A stretch of DNA of 64,000 nucleotides from Raja brachyura. Taxonomy: Eukaryota. Below the pieces are notes generated by a model. That model did no database searches. It was not told the origin of the DNA and was given only the letters and a program-made list of their open reading frames with translations. Below, one piece after another: positions 23,742-35,800 of this stretch. The DNA lies in NCBI GenBank assembly GCA_963514005.1, contig OY740807.1, forward strand, positions 14,632,001 through 14,696,000, written 5' to 3'. Within the stretch, counting starts at the first letter, position 1, and the number at the start of each line of letters is the position of its first letter. The translations under genes were made by a program, and so were the position numbers.

Positions 23742-26700
23742 TAATCTATTAGAAACACAATTTCTCATTCTGTTTGGGAAATAAAGCTTATACTTCCAGA
23801 TAATACAAAGCCAAATTTACTTTGATCACAAATAGTCACACCAAAGTCCTTTAAAATGTCAAATGCTTAAAATTGTTCCTGTGTTTCCCTTCTTGGGTAG
23901 TCATCTAAAATAGAAGGAAATCCCCAAATGTACTTTAGGAACAGCAGGAATGTCAGCAGTCCTGTCATCGCTGCTCCCACCGACAGTTCAACCAAAATAT
24001 CACTTTCCAGGTTTTATCTTTAATATTCCAGTCGATTTACATTTGGTGATGAAATCTTGATCCCGTAGTGACGAGAGAGAATCTTTTTCTTAAACTGCAA
24101 TGACTATCATTTATTGGATTATCATCTAACAATTCTCAGATAGGTATCCCTCAAGATCAGCTTCTGATCATCTATATTCATTATTATTGATATAAACAAA
24201 TTGGTCTGCAGTTGTTCAGACATAATTCATCACTTTTCCTGATTTCATCTTGTTTCCAGTCTGGTGGAGCTTCCCCAGCAGTTAGTTACTCCCTCATGAT
24301 TTCTCTCAGCACTTCACAGATATTGCCTATACTTTCTTAGTACCCTGATGTAGATGCTATTACCCCTGGAGATTTTCTTCTTTTAAACATTAATGGTACC
24401 TTGTTGATGTCAGAGTCCATAAATCTTCGTGGATTATCCATAGTAATGCAGAGCATTTAGTCTTTAGTGAAAACCTGAAGGAAATGGCTATTGGATACAT
24501 TAGCTACTCTGAGCTCATTCAATTTCATTCCCATTGGCACAGGGACAGAAGTATTGAATGGCTTGACTCAGTACACCTACTAATCAGTTATCAAAAGTAA
24601 CAAGTGGTTATTATATATTATAGCAGTTGAACTGGAGTACATTTTGCGCTGGCACACAATGCAATAATAATGTGTTAATAATTTGAGAAAAGTTTGCAGA
24701 TTATTATTTCAAAATAATTTGGTGGGCATATGCAGATTGATTGCAGCTTGATTGCAGCTTGATCCATGCAAATATATTATTATTTGCTCAGGATGGTGCT
24801 CAGTATACAGACAGGTGGTATATCGTGAGAAACCCTTTTCTTGCTTTATTAAATCCATCCTAACTGCTGTCAATGATACCAAAGGGCAGGGTTTCTCTGC
24901 CTTCAACCTGCATTCCCAGAGCACAACCACACTCATTGGACCTGAAAGCAGTCACTATTTGCCACAACAAACTGCCTTTATCCCTCCCAAGGTAATTACA
25001 GGCCCAGGTCAAGGACTCCAGACCATATCGATTACACTTCGCTGCACTGCCGACCCCCAAGCATAGGCCGTCTCCACTCAGGCACGGATAGCTTTTAAGT
25101 ACACGAGACGCCAGGCCTTCTCAGAACTCTCAATGCCTGTAACTGGAAACCGGTGACCAGTCAGCCTTATCAGTTGTAGCCTGTGGCACTGGAGAGATCT
25201 GCCCTGGACCCAGTGCATTTTGTTTTCAACGGCTTGAGCATCACTTTCTGTCCAATCCTCTAAAAAAAGATTTCTCAAACACCTTTACTTCCTAAATCTA
25301 TTGCTTTCCAACAAAAAAACCCATTAATAATCCATCACTGGATTCACAACACATTTTTCTCTTATGTTGACTATACTTTCTAATTTATATAAAGGAACAT
25401 ATTAAGAAATGCAGAGTTCCCGGTACTGACTACATAAAAGAGTTCTGGTTATTTGGCAGTATCGTTCTGAATGTATTTGTTTCAGAACTTTCACACTCTT
25501 TATCAGTTTGTTTCAAAATTCAAGATAATGTAGAGTGAAATTTGTTCTGAAGGAGAAGGCTTTTTGGAGTCTGCATCTGGTTTCTTCTGTTTTCTGCAAC
25601 TCACCAATGACAAAAAAAATTACTCTCTCTAACAGGAAAGCAAAGGTTTTATTTGGCCAGTTACTTTAAGTTCATGGGTGATACTCTGTACTCTTTGAAA
25701 TGCTGCTTACTGCATCCCATTCACAACATGCACTGACAGATGAAGATGTATCATTCTGTTTGCGCACGTTACCTGTTACAAAGAAGATTAGAAAACTCAC
25801 TTTGCCAAACAGTGCATCCTTGTCAATGGAAATATGTAACCATTTTTTTCTGCTGTCATTACAAAATAGGAAAAATAAACGTAATCCTGTATCTTACACA
25901 TACAATGTCTATAGGACCTGATATACTGAATCTACAGGAGATTTAAAACAGAATGTTCTTGGAAGTTGTCCATAAAGACTGCACATCCAGCAGACAAGAT
26001 TCAAGCTCCCATTCTCATCCGGTAGTCTTTCTGCTATATTACACTAGTCTCACTAGAGCAATGCAATGGAGATTTTTTCATGCTGAGTGATGCCTCTGCA
26101 GGAACTAAGTTACCTCCAGTTGATAGTTAGAAGCAAAGTCTTAAATCAAATAAATATTTACTTTTCTCATTTTCACCTTCCACTGAGGTGCAGATGTTTT
26201 GCAGGACCTAATGGAATTAGTCTCCCCTGGTCATCTGCCAAGGTGAGCAGGGTCAGAGATGGTCAGCACATCACCCAGAGCTTGAATCTTATTGTTCCTA
26301 TAACATATGGACAAAGAGTCCTTGATCTGAAATGTTAACTCTGTTTCTCTTTCCACAGCTGCGGCCCGGCAGCCTGAATGTTTCCAGCTTTTCTGTTTAT
26401 CGTATTGATCACTCAATTGCTACTAGACATTGGAACCCAAACGGACCAAGTAGAGCTTTTTATCTTTGGAAGAAGCACTGTGCCCAGACTGAATCTGCGG
26501 GAGGCAGTACCGCTATGGCCTCAGGGATTCAAAGTTATACTGAATAGAAATAGGACCTTCGGCCCATCGGAGTTACTCCAGCATTTAGTATCCATCTCTG
26601 TCAGATTGTATGTTTGACCTGTCAAATTCTCAGGGCAGTGCGTTAACTGAAATAGTCCATTGATATGGAAATGAAGTTAAGCCACCCCCCCCTCCCCCCC

Positions 26701-27565
26701 AGTCAAGCAACAAATTGCATTGCAAATAAGATGCCAGTTACAGATGGAGTCATGCCAAGGCATCATTTGGACTAAGTGGGCTTGAAGCCACTGTCACACC
26801 AAAGTTCCAAAAGCCTCCCTGACATGTCCTAAACACACCAGATAGAGAGTGCAGGCTGAGAGAAATGCCTCCTCAGTCCACACATTTGATTGTCAATGAC
26901 AAGTTGTTTTTCATGTGCTGTGTGATGTTGGGATATTTCTCCAAGGTTGCAGCCTGGCAGTTCATGTCGTGAGAATGTTCACTGTCCTATCCTGCCAGAA
27001 ATGCTGTCTTTCATTCCGCATCATCAAGAATGATTGCACAAAACAAGTCTTTAAAGGGATCAACACCTGAACTGCTCAATGGCCAGTTCTGCCATCACTC
27101 TCAGTATCTACATTTTTAGTGCTTGCCAATAATCACTGAGCTACCAATGTTGGGAATTATGTATAACTAAGAAGATGCAAGTTGGCAGATTAATTGGCCC
27201 GTGTGCATTTCAACTGTCCAGTGGAAAGGAAATTTGTTGGTTACAGAGAGAAATTTGTCAATTTTTCCCACTTCCCTCCTTCACTCTCAAATGACTTACC
27301 CAAGGTGAATCTGGGGAAATTAGTATGTATCCAGCAGATTCGGAGAGTGGAGCAGGGTTACGGCAGGTAGAGGGATTAGTGCATGCAAAGTGCATTCACT
27401 GGCCAAGTTTGTTGCTATTGTGACTTCCCAACCGTAATGGTGACCTTTGGATTTTACAGCTAACTGTGGCAGGAAGGGTGGGTTGCTTGTGTGGAAGGAA
27501 GTATCAGCAAAATGTTGCTGGGAGAATGGATTCAATTTAGGGAAAAAGAGGTCTTAGCTATCAAG

Positions 27566-28224
27566 CATCTGGTATGTTAGCATTCATAGCGAAAGGATTT
27601 GAGTATAGGAGCAGGGAGGTTCTACTGCAGTTGTACAGGGTTTTGGTGAGGCCACACCTGGAGTACTGCGTACAGTTTTGGTCTCCAAATCTGAGGAAAG
27701 ACATCCTTGCCATAGAGGGGGTACAGAGAAGATTCACCAGACTGATTCCTGGGATGTCAGGACTTTCATATGAGGAAAGATTGGATAGACTCGGTTTGTA
27801 CTCGATGGAATTTAGAAGATTGAGGGGGGATCTTATAGAAACCTACAAAATTCTTAAGGGGTTGGACAAGCTAGATGCTGGAAGATTGTTCCCGATGTTG
27901 GGGGAGTCCAGAACAAGGGGTCACAGTCTAAGGATAAGGGGGAATTCCTTTAGGACCGAAATGAGGAAAACATTCTTTACACAGAGAGTGGTGAGTCTCT
28001 GGAATTCTCTGCCACAGAAGGTAGTTGAGGCCAGTTCATTGGCTATATTTAAGAGGGCGTTAGATGTGGCACTTGTGGCTAAAGGGATCAGGGGGTATGG
28101 AGAGAAGGCAGGTACGGGATACTGAGTTGGATGATCAGCCATGATCACATTGAATGGCGGTGCAGGCTCGAAGGGCCGAATGGCCTACTCCTGCACCTAT
28201 TTTCTATGTTTCTATGTTTCTATG
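27566..28224 (+). mobile_element. Young 5'-truncated CR1 (HER1-like) LINE; ORF2 C-terminus intact at 27574-28125
   Basis: LVRPHLEYCVQFWSP, LRGDLIETYKIL, TRGHSLR and FFTQRVV..WNSLP motifs; 3' UTR and (TTTCTATG)3 tail. Confidence 0.93.
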
Positions 28225-28486
28225 ATAGCAAATCTAGTTCTTGTGACCCACGAAAGGAAGATCTTTCACATAACCGGAATGACTATCTTCAATCTTCCAC
28301 CTGTTTTCATGAGTCTTCAGTTATAGTTGAAAGGCTGTGGCTTTTTACCGATGTGTATAATCCAACCTAGTGCATGTGAAGCCTGATCAGCTCTCAAAGC
28401 CGCTGGCAGTGATAACGGAGATTTACTAGAAGGTAAGGGATGTGATGCTGATCAATTTTAATGGGGAGATGTTCCGATTTTCATGT

Positions 28487-28671
28487 GTAAGAAGAAACTG
28501 CAGATGCTGGTTTAAACCGAAGATAGACACTAAAAGCTGGAATAACTCAGCGGGTCCAACAGCACCTCTGGAAAAAAGGAATAGGTGATGTTTCGGGTCG
28601 AGACCTGTCTGAAGAATGGTTCCTTTTCTCCAGAGATGCTGTCTGACTTGTTGAGTTTGTGTCTATCTCTG
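28487..28671. mobile_element. Penelope-derived fold-back
   Basis: Inverted arms around gtttcgggtcgagacc/tgtctgaagaa; imperfect flanking repeat gttccgattttcatgt / gttccaatttcatgt. Confidence 0.75.
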
Positions 28672-29837
28672 GTTCCAATTTCATGTAGTGCGAAAAGTTG
28701 AAAATTCGTCCTCTGGAGATCAGAAGCGTGCCTCTAATGGGAGGAATTTATTCATTCCAAACAATAGGACAAAATGGACAGTAATTTGCAGAACCATCCT
28801 TTCCCCAACACCTCGACCCCTCACATCTCCATCGCCACCACAATCTGGCAACTGTGAGGATCACCATTAAAAGGCAAAGAAACTGTATGGCAGTTTCACT
28901 GACACCATTACAGGAGATCAATAGTTAAACAATTACTTTTAAAAGGCAAAAAACAATACCAAGGCAGGAGGCATCAAAGGGCCCTAATGGTTCAGCCTTA
29001 ATTATAATCAACAGTAAAATTAACATAAAGGCCCACTTAATGTTTTTTCAGGTTAGACATAATGATAACGTCTGATAAGAGGAGGCACCACAGCAAGCAA
29101 TCAAAGTGCTTGATAAACATCAACTCATAAACTTCCATCAATGCACTGCAGCAGCCATATCTGGAGAATCACTTCCCACAAAAGGTATAAAAATTTATGA
29201 TCCAGTTTCACATACACTAACTCAAACCAACCCAATCTCTTTCATGAAACCTCATGGTCATATCTCCAGTATGTTACTCTGTAACATACTGGAGATGTTA
29301 CTCTGTTAAACCTATGATTTTTTTTCATTGGATTTATTTATTTCCACTGAAATACAAAACCGTAAAACAACGTACAATAGAGAGACTCATAACTATAATA
29401 TGATGAAGTTAGGAGTGAACACAGACGCATATGCAGTTCAAAACTGATGATTGATTTCTGTATATACTCAGCCAGTCAGGCAAAACAACCCTTATCCCAT
29501 AATGTTAACAATGAAAAACAACAGGTCATTGTGCTGCATCACCTTGCTACAACAATAGCAATGTGGGGCAGGGAAGTAACGTACTGCCCAACATTAGCTG
29601 TAGTTATCACCACAAGAAATCACATGGCACAAGAACCGAATATCACAGTAATAACTAAATTTCAAAAAAGTACTTCATTATCTAAAAGCTGCTTTGGGAG
29701 GTGCTCATGACCTTCCAGGCACAAATACATTCAGGGAAAAGCACAAACTATAATGGAACAAACAATCTACTGGAGAAACTCAGCAGGTTGATCAGTATCT
29801 GTACAAACTGTATTGCGTACAGCAAATAAAATACTAT

Positions 29838-30290
29838 CATAGAAACTAGGTGCAGGAGTAGGCCATTCAGCCCTTCGAGCCAGCTGATCATCCAACATCA
29901 GTACCCAATTCCTGCTTTCTCCTCATATCCCTTGATTCCATTAGCACTGAGAGCTATATCCAGTTCTCTCTTGAAAACATCCAGTGAAATGGCCTCCACT
30001 GCCTTCTGTGGCAGAGAATTCCACAGATTCGCAATTCTCTGGGTGAAAATTTTTTCTTCATCTCAGTCCTAAATGGCCTACCCCTTATCCTTACACTGCA
30101 ACCCCTGGGTCTGGACTCCCCCAACATCAGGAACAATTTTCCAACATCTAGCCTGTACAATCCCTTAAGAATTTTATGTGATTCTTTAAGATCCCCTCTC
30201 ATTCTTCTAAATTCCAATGAATATACGCTCAATCGATCCATTCTTTCATCATACAATATGTCAGTCCCGCCATCCCGGGAAATAACCTAT
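29838..30290 (-). mobile_element. CR1 LINE 3' fragment
   Basis: Reverse complement homologous to 27750-28210 (YDERMDRL..SLEFRRMRGDL). Confidence 0.88.
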
Positions 30291-31160
30291 CATATACAGG
30301 TTACGACTGAAATATCCTGGTCTAAAGAACATCACGTCCAATACTACAAGAACACTAACCTCAACCATTGACTGTCTGGTTGCACTAAGGACTGTGCTTT
30401 TTTCGCTTTGCACTAGTATTATGGTTATTATTTTATTGTATACAGTATTATTTCCGGTTATCTGGGCGTATTGTGTTTATAGGCTTGTTAACCTGCTGCA
30501 ACTAAGAATGTAATAGTTTTGTTGTTGGAACATATGACAATTAAACACTCTTGCTTTAAGAATTAAAGAATTAAGAATTGTCAAGAATTAGCTCTTCGAC
30601 AAGCTTTACTCATTCTTCAGTCTCATATTCACTGATGTGTAATCTGTTTGTTACACAGTAATATGAGCAGAATCAATGATCTCGAAACTGCCTGCTGCCT
30701 AAAAACACAACTTACCGGGAGGGATATGTGCGGAAGGCCAGTTATTCACAAGGACCCAGGCACATGATCCAAAGGCAGTATGCTTGGAAGAATAAACTTT
30801 GCATAACTAAACTCATACAAAATTTTTCTCCAAAATCTCCCCCCATTGTGCAGAGTGGAGATCAAAGAGGATGTGAAGATAGACACAACATGGTAGAGAA
30901 ATCAATATTCATTCAGCGGGGTTGTAAGCTGCCAATTGGGAACTAGAAATGGTCTCAAGGAAAGCCCATGTTGGAAAGGAAGGAAATTAGTGCAAATAGT
31001 GATAGGGAACGGGGACTTTCTAGAAACAATCAGGAGTTAAGTTCGACTGTGGAGATGACAGGAAGAGGAAGAGTTGGTCAGGAACACAATCCGAGTACAA
31101 TGTATAGAATGATTTCAAAGTGAGAAGTGTGTGCTGCCTAAGCTCACCGTGCATGCCTAA

Positions 31161-31521
31161 AGGGCCCGTCCCACTTACGCGACGTTTACAGGCGACTGCC
31201 GGCACCTGTGATAGGTCACCAAAATTTTCAACATTTTGAAAATTCAGAGGCGACCAGAAAGACACTACGACTCTTTGGAGACCTCTCATGACCATAGGAG
31301 ACCCCTCACGACCATACAGGCGACCCCTGGCGACATGTCGCGGGTGACGTCTCACGACCATAGGAGACCTCTCACGACCATACAGCCTGTATGGTCGTGA
31401 GAAGTCTCCTATGGTCGTGAGAGATCTCCAAAGAGTCGTAGCATAACATGTTGCAAATTTCGGCAACCTATCACGGGTGCCGGCAATCGCCTGTAAAGGT
31501 CGCGTATGTGGGACAGGCCCT
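31161..31521. mobile_element. PIF/Harbinger-type MITE
   Basis: TIRs AGGGCCCGTCCCACTTACGCGAC / GTCGCGTATGTGGGACAGGCCCT; flanks TAA/TTA; internal CTCACGACCATA repeats in both orientations. Confidence 0.8.
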
Positions 31522-31639
31522 TTAATGTCTCCATATGTCATATGCACAGAGGACCCAAATCTAATAATAGGAGATCATGGCAGGTAAGCAACAGTATATG
31601 GCAGTGGTAGACAATCTGTTTTTGAGAAGTGCCAGAATG

Positions 31640-32085
31640 ATAACCTAAATCACTCAGGCACAGGTTTGCCTTCTTGGCTGCATCCTCAACATGGTTGGTC
31701 CAGGGAAAATTATTGGTGATACTTGATGGTCTTGACCATGTCCACTTCGGCACCATTGCTGCTGACAGGGGCTTGTACACCACTTCACTTCCTGAAGTCA
31801 ATATCTAGCTTCTTCGTCTTGCTGACATCAAGGGAGAAGTTTTTGTCTTGTGGCCACGTTACTCAATTATCTACCTCCTTCCCGCACTCCATCTCATTAT
31901 TGTTCAGGTTCCGGCTCACTATGGTGGTGTCATGTGCAAACTGGTAAACGGAGATAGTGCAGAATTGTGCCGCACAGGATCACAGTCAGTGGCTGAGAAT
32001 ATATCCTTGCGAGGCTCCAATATTGAGAATGATCATGTAGGATCTTTTGTCGCCTATCCTCAGTCATTGTGGTCCATTGAAGGCA
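31640..32085 (-). mobile_element. Rex/Babar-type LINE RT fragment
   Basis: Minus-strand ITNNFPWTNHVEDAAKKANLCL; ttcttcgtcttgctgacatcaagggagaagt corresponds to the LNVSKTKEL RT motif. Confidence 0.65.
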
Positions 32086-32751
32086 ATTTATTTTCCTAAA
32101 TTTACGGAAAGTCACTCACCTATGTATTAAAAGGAAATTTCAGGTTGGCTCCATTTTATCTTTGCAATTTTGTTTGGAATATGTTCTGCTTTGTGATTCA
32201 ATCCTAACCACACACTCCACCCCTCCAGCCCACCACCAACACCATCCATTCAATTACAACCAGGCTTTCAGCTATTACACCATTGCACCCCAAATTCTTC
32301 ACCTTGCAACTTCTCCCATCTTCCAAAGCCTCCTCAAAATGTACTTTTTGGTTACACCATCCATAAAGCCATTCTTAAGTCCCATTCACTGTGAATCATA
32401 TGCAGATGCTATGTAATCAATCTTGCTATGTAATACCATTGTTGAACAATGGCTCAATTCACGGCACAGGAGGCCATTCAGCCAGGGCCACTGTGCGAGC
32501 TGTTTCAAAAAAACCATTCAACTACTCTCATTTCTCATAGGTTTACATTTATTTTCAAATTATTATCTAAATCTCTTTGGAAAGTTGCAAAGGGATTTGC
32601 TGCCCACTTAGGCAGTGCAGCAAGCTCCAAATCAAGTCGACGTAAAAAAGCACCTAATGACCCCCATTAAATCAGTATTGTTTGCTTCTTAAGCCCTTCA
32701 GTCAAAGGCAACAATTTTTCACTTTCCATTAAAACCACTCATAGTTTGAAA

Positions 32752-32846
32752 GTCTGAAGAAGGGCTTCGACCCGAAACGTTGCCTACTTCCTTCGTTCCA
32801 TAGATGTTGCCTCACCCGCTGAGTTTCTCCAGCATTTTTGTCTACC
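32752..32846 (+). mobile_element. Penelope-derived mini-insertion with hammerhead-like core
   Basis: GT-CTGAAGA-A-GGGCTTCGACCC-GAAAC-GTT; flanked by catagtttgaaa / catagttttgaaa. Confidence 0.8.
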
Positions 32847-35800
32847 ATAGTTTTGAAATTACTTTAAATTCTCACTACTGTGAAGCAAATCTTGGCTTCT
32901 TTATTCTTTACAATAACATAGAGTTCAAGTATTTCATGGATTTCAATGATTCTTACCGCGTGACCCTAATTCTGCCTGAGATACTATATTCCTGTCTTTA
33001 TTGTAATTTAAAAAAAAGCTTTCATTTAAAAGATCCTGCCAAGTGGTTTTGTTTTACTGTACAAAGATCCCTCTTAGTTCTTTACTTAACACCTCATAAT
33101 TATAATATGATGGAAGTAAAGTCAATTATCAGATTCAATATGCAAGCCCTGTCATGAATTGGTGAGGAAGCCACAAAAACAATGTTCATAGTGCTGAGTT
33201 CATAGTGCATAAACCTTACCTGTCTAAATAATCACCATCAAAAGACGGCAGATTTTAAAGACTACTTCAGTCAATTAATGACAATTAATGCCAAATATTC
33301 AAATAACAAAATGTTAATCATTTAAAATACTTTTAAATACAAAATAACTCATTAAATACAATAAGGCAGGTGAATAAGCTTTTTTGACCTTCTAGATCCA
33401 TGGGGATAATTTCTACCTTAATAATTGAATATCAATATGATCTCCATCAAAGTTAGTGAATGCAGGGTACAGAAATGGCATATATAACAAATGGAGAATT
33501 AAACTGAGAAAATCTGATTATTTTATACACAACTGCTCATATGTGCTGACACCGCTGAATGAATGATCTCGGCCAAGGTGGCAGTGAAGGTATAATGATA
33601 CTTCCTGTGCCCTGTCCAGAATTCCATGGCCAGATCACTAATCTACATTACAGATGCACATTGTGTGGGGAGAGAATTGTGGTCAGTCCTGACAAAATTC
33701 TGTGGCATGTAAGGTAAGTACACTAAGGTACTCATATTTTTTCACGACTTGAGCTGTTTCCAACATTTTCTTCAGGAGAGGATCACAAGAGATACAACAG
33801 AGAAGAGGGTATATCCCAAACTGTAAAATGTTAATTACCAGATGGTTTCTGAACAAAACAGTTGCTTTAAGCTCACGACAAAACATTTGTATTTCTTTCT
33901 ATTTGAAAACCTTATTATAATGTCATAGCGACTCAACGTACTTCCAAATAAATGTAACGGAGTCCAGCGGCCATTATATTTCGAGCAATTTACAGCAGAG
34001 ATGATCAATTAGTTAATCTAATTAGGTTACAACAAAAACGGTCTCCCCTTCCCTGTACAGTACTAAGAAATTGTTAATATCTAAACATGTGAAAAAGGAC
34101 TCATGGTTTTATAATCGTCTTTAAGAATGGTAACTACAATAATGCATCCCTTCATCAGTGGTATATTGTTATTTTGGTCTCAATTGTGTTTCATTTCTAT
34201 TCACATAAATTTACTAACTTTTGAAGAGTTCTCGTCAATATACTGAACTAGTTAAAACATTTTGTGCATCTTTACATCAATGTACTGAACCAACTAAAGC
34301 AATGGGTGAAAGATAATTGTGTTGAGGACTTGAAGCTAATAGATTGGCAAAAAAAGCAAAAATAAATAATACAATTTATACCTATTTACTGTCAGCTACC
34401 AAGCACAAATATGAAGAAATTTACTTTGGTAAGAAGAACTACTATTGAACAGCGATTATTATTAGTTAGAAATTTGGCTGGCCTCATCAGCCACCTCAGA
34501 GCCCACACAACTTGTGTGGCAACAAGTCATCCCTGTTCCTATAGATCCACCTCAGAAGAACAATTGCATATTAGGCTTAAAGATTCACAGTCAATTCCTG
34601 CTTTTAGTTTTTATGTTCTTATTGTATATACATCACTCTTGGTTCTAGAAAGAACAATTACACCAAGTATATATATTATAAATATATTATTGAGTCTTTC
34701 AGTATTTTCTAAATAATTTATTTTCCCGTCTCTTCGCAGCAGCTGCAGAATTGACCGCAGAGTTTTAGTGCTATGCTTTGAACAGAAACTAAATTTGCTT
34801 CTGGAAGCATTGAAAAGCCTTTGCCCAACAGCACCTTTAGAGGGGACATTTGCATGGAAATTGAATCTGGATTAAAAATATGGATAAACCACACAAAAAA
34901 GATTTGTGTGCACTTTAAGGTGTTTATGCTTATTTCCTGTTGACGTTGAATCCTTTGCAAAATAGGATTAGACATATTTTTAATCTCAAATCACCCTGGC
35001 ACATATGTAATTTCTTCATCATCTTTGTGCATTTGATGACATATTCAATGTGTGCTGTGTTCATGACATTGACAGGATTTGGATGAAGAGCTCATAAAGC
35101 CTTTTGTCTCTGAATAAAAGGAGTACATCATGCTCAGTGAGTGCTGTGTCCATTTAGGTCCAAAAATAGGGGACATCTATTTTTTAGGCAATTTGATTGC
35201 TTGGTTGCAATGTTCTGCCTTTGTTTAATGTGTCTGTCATTTAAGTTAATCTTTATATTAAAATGCTTTAAGCTCAGCACATGCTTGCAATAATTGGTTT
35301 ACTATTAAAGTGGATGAGATTTTATAATCAGTGCTTAAGATTTGATAAGACTTAATACAGGTTAGCTCCCAAATTAGCAAGTTTGATGTTACTGCTGACA
35401 CTAAAGAATTAGGAGCAGGAAATGGCCACACACCCTTTAAGCTTGCTGGGCTGTTCATCAAAAATAGAGGCCGATCTTCCTATCCTGTACCACTTTCCTG
35501 CCCTATTTCCTAGTGCAACAACTCAGAAAATGGTCGCTGCCACCACTGGGACAACGCAATCTGCCAATGAGTCCTAAACACCCCTTCCCACCACCACCAT
35601 CACACCGTGGCTGCAGTATATATCATATACAAATAAATTATAGTTACTTACCCAGGATACTCTAATTCATCTTCCAAATCTCCACAACCAAGAAACATAA
35701 CTCACCAGGCACATGGGAATACCACTATCTGCAGTTCCTCTCCAAGTCAATCACTATCCTGACTCTTTGAATATATACTGATGGCTATTTGTCATAGCTA

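Noticed and set aside
27574-28125. 183-aa ORF as a host gene
   Set aside because: It is the C-terminus of CR1 ORF2, followed by the LINE UTR and tail.
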